From: Klebsiella phage vB_KM5a1-KLB31
Length of the DNA stretch: 64,000 bases
Sequence record: PP582757.1
Strand: one strand, 5' to 3'
In this document: piece by piece, positions 8,566-16,618 of the stretch
How the letters are laid out: every line of letters starts with the position of its first letter
Numbering within the stretch: the stretch's first letter is position 1
Made by a program: the position numbers and the translations under genes
The notes under the pieces: generated by a model
What the model was told of the DNA's origin: nothing
The model's input: the letters and a program-made list of their open reading frames with translations, nothing else
The model's database searches: none

Positions 8566-8592
8566 TCTCCAAAAGAGAGGGCCGAAGCCCTC
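8566..8592 (-). terminator. Rho-independent terminator (GAGGGCttcgGCCCTC + TCTTTT) after the coiled-coil gene
   Basis: Minus-strand 6-bp GC stem with tetraloop followed by a T-run. Confidence 0.55.
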
Positions 8593-8598
8593 TTCATA

Positions 8599-9192
8599 TT
8601 ACTTCAGACTTGCCAGATATTCTTCAACATCTGCATCAGTCGTTACAGTGCCAGGTTCAGCAGTGTGGAAGGTGTCGACTTTCATCAGAGTTTCATCGAC
8701 GCTTACTTTAGTCAGTGCAGCGATTTCGATTACATCATCGGCAGTTGCGATACCCAGGGCATTTGCAGAGCGAGTTTCACGAATGAACTCAAGTTTCACA
8801 GCCAGGTCCTGACGAGCATCATCAAGCTCTACAACCTTGGCTTCAATTTCAGAACGCATACCTGCATATTCATCGGCTTTAGTAAGCAGAGCTGCTGCAG
8901 TACGACGATACAGAAGACCCAGTTTAGCGTGAGTACCGACCGGAGAACCATTAGCCAGAAGACGCTTAATTTCTTTTTCTTTACTTTCAGCCAGAGTTGC
9001 TTTATCAGCAGCCAGAGCACGAATACGTTTTTCTTCATTCACGGACAGAACGTGAGAAGTTTTGAGCTGAGTGATACGGTCAATCAGAGTGTTGGCCGCT
9101 TCAGTGTACTGGTCTTCGACAGTAGTGTTACGAGCAACGAAAGAACCGAATTTAGCACGGATGAATTCAACCAGTTTTTTCAGAATAGCCAT
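8599..9192 (-). CDS. Coiled-coil protein, PspA/IM30-like architecture (speculative)
   Basis: 197 aa, strongly helical with heptad-like A/E/K/L-rich repeats and an amphipathic N-terminus ([18 protein letters not shown]). Early promoter upstream at ~9238-9278 and terminator downstream at ~8566-8592. Confidence 0.35.
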   Translation of the reverse strand: MAILKKLVEFIRAKFGSFVARNTTVEDQYTEAANTLIDRITQLKTSHVLSVNEEKRIRALAADKATLAESKEKEIKRLLANGSPVGTHAKLGLLYRRTAAALLTKADEYAGMRSEIEAKVVELDDARQDLAVKLEFIRETRSANALGIATADDVIEIAALTKVSVDETLMKVDTFHTAEPGTVTTDADVEEYLASLK

Positions 9193-9238
9193 TGTTATTT
9201 TCCTTTCATGTGATTAAGAATTAAATTATATCCCGTTT

Positions 9239-9278
9239 GTGTAGGAGCATACTAACACAACTCCTACACGTTGTAAAC
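9239..9278 (-). promoter_or_regulatory. T4-type early promoter (GTTTAC ... TATGCT) with perfect 9-bp inverted repeat GTGTAGGAG/CTCCTACAC
   Basis: Minus-strand GTTTACaacgtgtaggagttgtgttagTATGCTcctacac. Confidence 0.5.
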
Positions 9279-9281
9279 ACT

Positions 9282-9518
9282 TTACTTATAAGTGTTAATC
9301 AGTTCTTCCATTTTGTCAAGAACTTCAATGTCGATGATGTGATACATCGCCGGGTCATCATGATATTTGTGCATGCCTTCATCGATAATACGCTCGATGG
9401 TTTGAAGCGCTGCAGTACGTTCTTCACCTGACGGGAAGTTAGGAGTCTCGCCAAACAGACGAGCAAAAGAACTGAAATACGTTTGTGCCGCAGCTTTGGC
9501 TTTATCAGGATAATGCAT
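9282..9518 (-). CDS. Hypothetical protein
   Basis: 78-aa ORF in the early region. Confidence 0.3.
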   Translation of the reverse strand: MHYPDKAKAAAQTYFSSFARLFGETPNFPSGEERTAALQTIERIIDEGMHKYHDDPAMYHIIDIEVLDKMEELINTYK

Positions 9519-9528
9519 TTTGTTTTCC

Positions 9529-9729
9529 TCACATACGGTTGCCGATTACCAGCTGAGCCGTAGGCCAGTTAGTAACAGAATACTCGATTACATCTTTAAC
9601 ATCTTTAGCTTCAACAATATCGGTCACATGATACTCATGGTCACCTGTGTTCAGGATTGCACGATAATGAGTAACTTCACCGAAATCGTTAGTGATTTCA
9701 TGAATTGTAGAAGTATTGAAAGTTGTCAT
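9529..9729 (-). CDS. Hypothetical protein
   Basis: 66-aa ORF preceded by an early promoter (~9765-9800). Confidence 0.3.
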   Translation of the reverse strand: MTTFNTSTIHEITNDFGEVTHYRAILNTGDHEYHVTDIVEAKDVKDVIEYSVTNWPTAQLVIGNRM

Positions 9730-9770
9730 TTTATTCTCCAGTGGTTTTCATCATTTGTTTCGATGAAGCT

Positions 9771-9799
9771 ATAATAACACAACCACCGGAGAAGTAAAC
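9771..9799 (-). promoter_or_regulatory. T4-type early promoter (GTTTAC-N17-TATTAT)
   Basis: Minus-strand GTTTACttctccggtggttgtgtTATTAT. Confidence 0.5.
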
Positions 9800-9806
9800 A
9801 CTTTTA

Positions 9807-10193
9807 TCAATTTTTAATTCGGCAGATACGCCGGGCTTCATCTTCGGCTAAGTCAATGATGCTACGCAGAACTGGAGTCTTTTGATAAAGGTTTGCAACA
9901 CGAAGTACAACATGTTTAGTCTTACCATCATCATGCCAACCCCATGACTTTTCACCATGAGAACCTTTGATTACAGCAGACACTTCAACAGAGCATCCGT
10001 TATCAGCAATCTTAGTTTCAACAGTCCAGATGCCACGGGCAATTGCTTCAGCCTTACGACGGTTTTCAATAGCCATTTCTTCGGCCCAGTTAGTCTTTTG
10101 GAAACCTAAATGCATATTCTGTGCAAAATGGTCTGCTGCAGCTTTTTGTTCTGGGGTCAACTTTTCATAAATCTTTTGCATATCGAGATTCAT
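9807..10193 (-). CDS. Hypothetical protein
   Basis: 128-aa ORF. Confidence 0.3.
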   Translation of the reverse strand: MNLDMQKIYEKLTPEQKAAADHFAQNMHLGFQKTNWAEEMAIENRRKAEAIARGIWTVETKIADNGCSVEVSAVIKGSHGEKSWGWHDDGKTKHVVLRVANLYQKTPVLRSIIDLAEDEARRICRIKN

Positions 10194-10432
10194 TCCACTT
10201 CCTCGCTGTTTTCCATTGACAGAGGTTCAGACAAAGCCATGAGTTCGTCAACTGTCAGGCATTCGGTATCATCAGTAATAGCGAAACGCTTCAGATAGAA
10301 TGGATAATCCAGACAGTTATGAGTCTGCGCAGTCAAAGGACTGATACGAATCAGTTGTTGACCATTATGCATTACAAAGTTTTCGCCAACTTCAACATCT
10401 TTAAACAGTTTCATATTAATGTCCTTTGCCAA
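10190..10432 (-). CDS. Hypothetical acidic protein
   Basis: 80-aa ORF, translationally coupled to neighbours. Confidence 0.3.
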   Translation of the reverse strand: MAKDINMKLFKDVEVGENFVMHNGQQLIRISPLTAQTHNCLDYPFYLKRFAITDDTECLTVDELMALSEPLSMENSEEVE

Positions 10433-10724
10433 AGAAATAATCGGTCAGAGCAATTTCAACCGATTCATCGAGGAACACAAGTTCGTCATCAGCATCAAGC
10501 ATATCAGGGGTATCTTCCAGAGCGGCTTCACCGTCACGAAGACCTTGAAGTGCTGCTGCCCATGCACCTTCGAAATCACCATCAGCCTGTCGAGCAATAA
10601 GATTTGCATGAGACATTACCCATGATGCCTGCCAATGTTCAGTTTTATCATCGAAGATTTTGAATGAAGGACATTCAAACATCTCGGCAGGATAGTTGTT
10701 AACACCGTTCAGATTACGACGCAT
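10416..10724 (-). CDS. Hypothetical acidic protein
   Basis: 102-aa ORF preceded by an early promoter (~10745-10785). Confidence 0.3.
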   Translation of the reverse strand: MRRNLNGVNNYPAEMFECPSFKIFDDKTEHWQASWVMSHANLIARQADGDFEGAWAAALQGLRDGEAALEDTPDMLDADDELVFLDESVEIALTDYFFGKGH

Positions 10725-10751
10725 TTTGTTTCTCCAGTTCGTTAGTGTAGG

Positions 10752-10784
10752 AACATACTAACACGTCTTTTTATGGTTGTAAAC
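10752..10784 (-). promoter_or_regulatory. T4-type early promoter (GTTTAC ... TAGTAT/TATGTT)
   Basis: Minus-strand GTTTACaaccataaaaagacgtgttagTATGTT. Confidence 0.5.
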
Positions 10785-11237
10785 ACCTGCCCCTAAATAC
10801 CCGAAAGGGTCCCTCGGCAAAGAAGGACCCTTTCAAGTCGGCGCTGTACTTGGTCGCACCCAGAGGTAGCATTCGCCTTACGGTTTCACTTGCGATATCC
10901 ACCGTCGTTCGTTTAAGTTGATTTGTCATAGGGCTCGAACCTACACGCTTAGGTCTGTCGCACCGGCTTCCGCCTTACTCACCTGGGTACCAACCAGGGT
11001 TTCAAACAAGCTATTCCAGTCGTGTCTACCAAATTTCACCACACAAATCATAAATTGTACGGAACGCCTGGATTCGAACCAGGTTACAGGGCAGTTGACG
11101 CTACACTGCATTTTGGATAAGGCCGTCAACGCATTTCCTCAACAGGAGCATCGTCAAATGCTTCATCCTGGAGAAAACTTGTCAAGTCCTCGAACCGATA
11201 GTCAGCAATGCCTACTCAAAGAATAGGCATTAATAAC

Positions 11238-11654
11238 TTAGAAACCGAAACCTACACCGCCGCCATAAACAACTTCTTCGGAGGTAGCTGCTACAGAAAC
11301 TTTAAATGCTGCTGGAGCATCAGTTGGAGTGAAGTTCAGACCTGCTGCCAGGGCTTTTTCACCATCATAACCACCTACAGCCACGCCAACAGAGAATTCA
11401 TGGCCAGGCACTGCAGGAATATTAGACATTGCTGCTACACCGGCAATACCAGCAGAAGCATGTTCTTGTGCTTTCTGAATTTTATGATCGGCGCGCTGGT
11501 TAACATCACCAGTGATTACGCGATATTCGTCAGAGGCACGAATTTTTTCTTCTTTCTTAATTTGATCGATATCGATGTTAGGAATTTCGAATGCTGCCTG
11601 AGCAGTAAAAGAAGCACCAACGATTGCGATAACAGCCAGAGTACGTTTCATCAT
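11238..11654 (-). CDS. Secreted mini-protein with YadA-like (trimeric autotransporter) C-terminal membrane-anchor domain
   Basis: Signal peptide MMKRTLAVIAIVGASFTAQA. A short coiled segment follows, then AGIAGVAAMSNIPAVPGHEFSVGVAVGGYDGEKALAAGLNF...VGFGF. This matches the YadA anchor consensus (AGIAGA.A.A.LP...G.S...G.G...GE.A.A.G.S) and ends in an aromatic residue. Confidence 0.55.
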   Translation of the reverse strand: MMKRTLAVIAIVGASFTAQAAFEIPNIDIDQIKKEEKIRASDEYRVITGDVNQRADHKIQKAQEHASAGIAGVAAMSNIPAVPGHEFSVGVAVGGYDGEKALAAGLNFTPTDAPAAFKVSVAATSEEVVYGGGVGFGF

Positions 11655-12101
11655 TTCATTTTTACCTTTGTCATTGTTAACATTATATAGCCTCCGGGTT
11701 CAGAGAGTACAAACAAGTAGTTTGATATAGAACACCGTTTAACCTCAAGGATTTAATTAACAGTGGGAATAACATCACTTTGGTCCTCGGCATTTACTTA
11801 TAGGACCTCTAACTCATCTCTCTGAACTGCCTCGTATATCTAGTAGGTTGGACGCCACTCTACATTTAAGGGTCGAGTCTCCAACATATCTCGTCACGGT
11901 CCTCGGCGATTTTCCGTGGTCTACTTTAAAAGATTGCGCCCATCTTGTTGTGGTATTAGGCCATACCTTTCGGCTGGGTACTTCCAGGGAACAGAGCTTG
12001 GACGACTTAAGGGTGTACATCCATCTGGGCTTAGGGTCGTCTTACAGACACGAGTATTATTCCAACTCTACCACATCACCAGCTTGGCCCCTCTTGTTTT
12101 C

Positions 12102-12177
12102 TGGCAGGCGCTTGAGGAATCGAACCCCAGACCAATGGATTTGGAATCCACCGCTCTACCAACTGAGCTAAGCACCT
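12102..12177 (-). tRNA. tRNA-Trp (anticodon CCA), CCA end encoded
   Basis: Reverse complement folds as a cloverleaf: acceptor AGGTGCT/AGCGCCT, D-arm GCTCAGTTGGTAGAGC, anticodon loop TTCCAAA, T-arm TGGGG-TTCGATT-CCTCA. Confidence 0.8.
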
Positions 12178-12180
12178 AAT

Positions 12181-12256
12181 TGGGGTGACCTATGGGACTT
12201 GAACCCATGACTACAAGAATCACAATCTTAAATTCTACCAACTGAATTAAGGCCAC
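12181..12256 (-). tRNA. tRNA-His (anticodon GTG), CCA encoded
   Basis: Cloverleaf: acceptor GTGGCCT/AGGTCAC, D-arm ATTCAGTTGGTAGAAT, anticodon loop TTGTGAT, T-arm ATGGG-TTCAAGT-CCCAT. Confidence 0.8.
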
Positions 12257-12289
12257 AGCAATGTTCACTCAAATGAACGAACATTAATC

Positions 12290-12365
12290 TGGCGGATGTG
12301 CACGGATTCGAACCGCGGACCAATCACTTAACGGGCGACCGCTCTACCAACTGAGCTACACATCC
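12290..12365 (-). tRNA. tRNA-Asn (anticodon GTT), CCA encoded
   Basis: Cloverleaf: acceptor GGATGTG/CACATCC, D-arm GCTCAGTTGGTAGAGC, anticodon stem with two G-U pairs, loop CCGTTAA (unusual C33), T-arm CGCGG-TTCGAAT-CCGTG. Confidence 0.7.
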
Positions 12366-12366
12366 T

Positions 12367-12894
12367 TTATCTTGCAGATTTTATTTTGTTTTCTTTAAAT
12401 AGGTCGATAATAGAGTTAACATCGCCTTTAATCCACTCACCATCAGCATTTAAAGCTTTATGGAAAGAAAACTCTTCTTCAAAACGTTTATCACTGAAAT
12501 AGTAACATTCTAATTTATAATCACGTAAAGGGCAGTAGGATTGATAAGTGTTCAACCTATCATAAACATCCACTGTAGAACCTATTTTATACCATCCTTC
12601 AAAAGCAGGATTAGTTACGCAATAAATGAAACCTTCTTTAATACCTTTAGAAGAATTACCATTTCTGAAATACTTTACACGCAACAATGATAACTTGGTG
12701 AAGTTCACTTGTCGTGAAATCAATTTATCAGACTTTCGTGAAGCAGTGTCTGTATACTGGAGCTTAAAATTAGGATGAATATATTTGAAATAAATGTATT
12801 TAGCGAACTCAGTATTTATATCAAAATCAATCCCACTAATACCTTCTTCATTAAGATAAGCACTATATTGATTAATTATTTTGGCCTTATCCAT
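12367..12894 (-). mobile_element. GIY-YIG homing endonuclease (seg-like) gene embedded in the tRNA cluster
   Basis: GIY-YIG core GFIYCVTNPAFEGWYKIGSTVDVYDRLNTYQS. Strongly AT-rich relative to flanks. Sits between tRNA genes as T4 segB does. The stop codon abuts the tRNA-Asn 5' end. Confidence 0.65.
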
Positions 12895-12910
12895 ATTCTT
12901 CTCATAAATT

Positions 12911-12988
12911 TGGTAGGACGTGAGGGATTTGAACCCATCGACATCTCGATTAAAAGTCGAGTGCTCTAACCAGCTGAGCTAACGTCCT
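12911..12988 (-). tRNA. tRNA-Lys (anticodon TTT), imperfect T-stem
   Basis: Acceptor AGGACGT/ACGTCCT, D-arm GCTCAGCTGGTTAGAGC, anticodon arm CTCGA-CTTTTAA-TCGAG, 3' ACCA. The T-stem has only 3 G-C pairs plus 2 mismatches. Confidence 0.6.
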
Positions 12989-13000
12989 TCTTAATTCTAT

Positions 13001-13237
13001 TTATTCAGTATATCTCTTAAACTGTAAAGCAAAATCTTCATCAACTTTAGTTAAGAAGTGTCCTGCCTTAAATCGTTTAGAGCTACCTTCGACTTCTACA
13101 CCATATCCGTTCTTACCAAGGACTCGACCAACTCGCATTTCGCCAGGGTCACCCATTGAATTACAACGAACACCGTACAGAACAAAATCATTTTCGAATA
13201 CCGGAGCATTTTTCCGGTCAGTAATTAATTCTATCAT
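13001..13237 (-). CDS. Hypothetical protein
   Basis: 78-aa ORF within the tRNA region (analogous to the T4 tRNA.x ORFs). Confidence 0.3.
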   Translation of the reverse strand: MIELITDRKNAPVFENDFVLYGVRCNSMGDPGEMRVGRVLGKNGYGVEVEGSSKRFKAGHFLTKVDEDFALQFKRYTE

Positions 13238-13244
13238 ATTAACC

Positions 13245-13700
13245 TTAAAGCATATTACGTTTTAAGTTTTCACGAACTCGATAAAGGTTTGAACAGAATT
13301 CCTGTTCAGTCAAAACAGTTTCGTTCTTTTTCGACTTACCCATCGAGTGAGTTAATGTAGCGTTCTGCGTAGCCAGGAGCGCTCTCTGGAACCCTTCATT
13401 CAAGGCTAATTGATTATATGCTCGTTCGATAAGAAGACTGTAGGCGTCACTCTGGCGTTGCATAGGCACACCTTTCCAGTATAATGTCTGGAGTCGCCAC
13501 CAATTCTTTTTCTTACCTTTGAACTTAGCTTTCTTACCAACTAGAGTACAAACATGTTCCTGCATTTCTACTGAAGAAAATTTCAGTGATTGCAAAAAGC
13601 CTTCCATCGAAGCACATTGTACACCATCAATTTCAAAAGCATGAGGTGCAAAGTTACTTAGTGAAGAAGCAGGATATCCTGCGCCTGAACCGATATCCAT
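13245..13700 (-). CDS. Hypothetical protein beginning MDIGSGAGYP (glycine-rich SAM-binding-like motif I; weak)
   Basis: Start overlaps the upstream ORF stop as TAATG. DIGSGAG...AFEID resembles MTase motifs I/II, but no downstream catalytic motif is seen. Confidence 0.3.
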   Translation of the reverse strand: MDIGSGAGYPASSLSNFAPHAFEIDGVQCASMEGFLQSLKFSSVEMQEHVCTLVGKKAKFKGKKKNWWRLQTLYWKGVPMQRQSDAYSLLIERAYNQLALNEGFQRALLATQNATLTHSMGKSKKNETVLTEQEFCSNLYRVRENLKRNML

Positions 13701-13924
13701 TAATCACCCCATTGCATAATCATTGCGATATCATCAATATCTGTCACGATGTTTTCAATTTCATTGATAAAATTAGACAGATATGGAACCACATTAGGAG
13801 TATAAAGCCAATTGGCACATTGAATGCATTGATTGCCTACTTTATCCTGAAATATTACAGCTTCGGAATGGCTTCCACCTTTCCATCGTATTAAAGCAAA
13901 CCCTAATGGATATTTCTGACGCAT
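13700..13924 (-). CDS. Hypothetical small protein (single CxxC)
   Basis: 74-aa ORF with SD GAGGAAAA. Could be the N-terminal part of a split gene together with 13245..13700. Confidence 0.3.
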   Translation of the reverse strand: MRQKYPLGFALIRWKGGSHSEAVIFQDKVGNQCIQCANWLYTPNVVPYLSNFINEIENIVTDIDDIAMIMQWGD

Positions 13925-14144
13925 TATATTTTCCTCAGTTGTTTGTTCACAGCGGGGTGGATTCGAACCACCAATATTAAGTCACTCATGCTCCAAGCAT
14001 GCTAGGGCACTTACCCCGGACGGAATCGAACCGCATCTACAATACCTATCGCCATGTCTGGTGGCCCTTCTGGGAGTCTAACCCAGCTTACACCGATTAT
14101 GAGTCGGGTACTTTCACACGAAAGTATAAAGGGCCTGAATAAAC

Positions 14145-14233
14145 TTGGTACGGGTGACGAGATTCGAACTCGTAAGAGCTTAAGCCCTATGGCATTTTAA
14201 GTGCCATGCGTACTGCCAATACCGCCACACCCG
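14145..14233 (-). tRNA. tRNA-Leu (anticodon TAA), class II with long variable arm, CCA encoded
   Basis: Acceptor GCGGGTG/CACCCGT, anticodon arm TGGCA-CTTAAAA-TGCCA, 16-nt variable arm, T-arm ACGAG-TTCGAAT-CTCGT, 3' ACCA. T4 also encodes tRNA-Leu(UAA). Confidence 0.7.
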
Positions 14234-14441
14234 CTTTTCTATTTCGAAAGCTCTCACAGGACCGCAGCTTCATGGCCACGTATCTCTAACGTTTGTCTCG
14301 ACTTCACAGATCGCGTATTCCATTTGTCGTCTAGAGAACTTTCTGAATAGAGGCCTCAAATTTTTAGAGAGGGTATAGGATTAGCTTAGCTATCCTTGAG
14401 GCCAGATTGGAGTCATAACTCCAGGTAGTAATAATACTACA

Positions 14442-14744
14442 TTAACATAAAAGCATATTAATGTAAGTGTGTTGAATTCGTTTCAATTTCAACTTATTTT
14501 CAAAGATGTCATATTCACGAACCTGCTTACCATCTTCAGAAATAAAGAAGGAAAGGTTCACACTATTGAATTCCCAACGAATGTCTTTAAGATGCACATC
14601 CGTGGAGCTACGACCAATATCAACACGTTCAACTTCATATAAGTATTCAGAGCCGTTCTGCTCAATATGACGTTTTGAAGCTTCTTGGTCAGGCAGATAA
14701 CCATTTTCAGGCTTAGTAATCTGAGCAAATAATTTAATCATCAA
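14442..14744 (-). CDS. Hypothetical protein
   Basis: 100-aa ORF. Confidence 0.3.
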   Translation of the reverse strand: MMIKLFAQITKPENGYLPDQEASKRHIEQNGSEYLYEVERVDIGRSSTDVHLKDIRWEFNSVNLSFFISEDGKQVREYDIFENKLKLKRIQHTYINMLLC

Positions 14745-15142
14745 TAGTAACCTTTATCAACAATAACATGAGTATTGGCATTAACAATCTGCCACCAATC
14801 AAACTTACCGGAACCGTAGCGAGATTTATTACGATTTGATTCAATTACTTCACGTAATTCATCTTCGGTTGCTGCTTTATGTTTCAGGTCTTCATACCCA
14901 CCAGAAGGATAATAGTTATCACCGGCAAATAAAAGGAAATTAACCTGTTTAGATTTGTGCATTTCAAGGTCGATTACATTGCCATCAGGCCCTACGATAT
15001 CGACATAACTGTAAGGCGTATTTTGAGCAATGTCCACCGCTTCAAGCAGAGAATCAACACTTGTGCCTATTTGGCAATCCCATTTTGCAGAAGGATTTGC
15101 CGATGTATCACCATAAATTTTATAGCTCATCGCAGGCCCCAC
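14741..15142 (-). CDS. Hypothetical protein (YYPxGG..DL motif; paralog of 15120..15356)
   Basis: GDNYYPSGGYEDLKH matches SRYYPNGGSRDLID in the adjacent ORF. Confidence 0.35.
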   Translation of the reverse strand: MGPAMSYKIYGDTSANPSAKWDCQIGTSVDSLLEAVDIAQNTPYSYVDIVGPDGNVIDLEMHKSKQVNFLLFAGDNYYPSGGYEDLKHKAATEDELREVIESNRNKSRYGSGKFDWWQIVNANTHVIVDKGYY

Positions 15143-15356
15143 TATAAATTGTCGTGAATGATGAATCCATTACTTCGTAACGGTCGTAACAATCAGATGC
15201 GCCATTTTCTCTGGCGTACTCTAAAGCTTGTTCAGGCGAGCCAAAAGTATCGATAAGGTCTCGAGACCCACCATTAGGATAGTAACGAGACCACATGAAT
15301 AATGCGTACATATTTTCCTCACTTTGCGATATGGTGCATAACACCTGCAATGCCAC
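15120..15356 (-). CDS. Hypothetical protein (YYPxGG..DL motif)
   Basis: Shares its motif with 14741..15142. Confidence 0.35.
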   Translation of the reverse strand: MALQVLCTISQSEENMYALFMWSRYYPNGGSRDLIDTFGSPEQALEYARENGASDCYDRYEVMDSSFTTIYSGACDEL

Positions 15357-15510
15357 CGACTACAGCACAAACTGCCAGAGAAACCATGTTCTCAGTAGTT
15401 GTCAGCAGACCGGTCATGAATCCAGCAAACATGCTGAAAGAGAAAGCGGTTACTGCTACTAAGGCTGCTACATTACGGATTGCTTCTGCACGTTTCATTT
15501 TATTCTCCAA
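15319..15510 (-). CDS. Small membrane protein
   Basis: 63 aa with two hydrophobic helices. An early promoter lies immediately upstream (~15534-15562). Confidence 0.35.
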   Translation of the reverse strand: MENKMKRAEAIRNVAALVAVTAFSFSMFAGFMTGLLTTTENMVSLAVCAVVGGIAGVMHHIAK

Positions 15511-15533
15511 GTGTTTTTCGTTTTGATGTGTCT

Positions 15534-15562
15534 ATAGTATCACGTTCCCTGGAGAAGTAAAC
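15534..15562 (-). promoter_or_regulatory. T4-type early promoter (GTTTAC-N17-TACTAT)
   Basis: Minus-strand GTTTACttctccagggaacgtgaTACTAT, directly downstream of the ipI terminator. Confidence 0.5.
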
Positions 15563-15576
15563 ACCTTTCTTTAAAT

Positions 15577-15600
15577 GCCAAAAAGGAGCCCGTAGGCTCC
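15577..15600 (-). terminator. Rho-independent terminator (GGAGCCtacgGGCTCC + TTTTTGG) after ipI
   Basis: Minus-strand hairpin plus T-run. Confidence 0.6.
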
Positions 15601-15603
15601 TTA

Positions 15604-16617
<1,014 letters not shown>

Positions 16618-16618
<1 letters not shown>

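Noticed and set aside
10918-11226. ORFs 10918..11226(+) and 10941..11129(-)
   Set aside because: They overlap each other and the tRNA-like T-arm elements; no start context. Judged non-coding.
11814-12179. Overlapping ORFs 11814..12020(-), 11848..12171(+) and 11916..12179(+)
   Set aside because: Mutually overlapping on both strands, no RBS, and they run through tRNA-Trp. The region is better explained as structured non-coding RNA.
12775-12969. 64-aa plus-strand ORF
   Set aside because: Antisense to the seg gene and overlaps tRNA-Lys.
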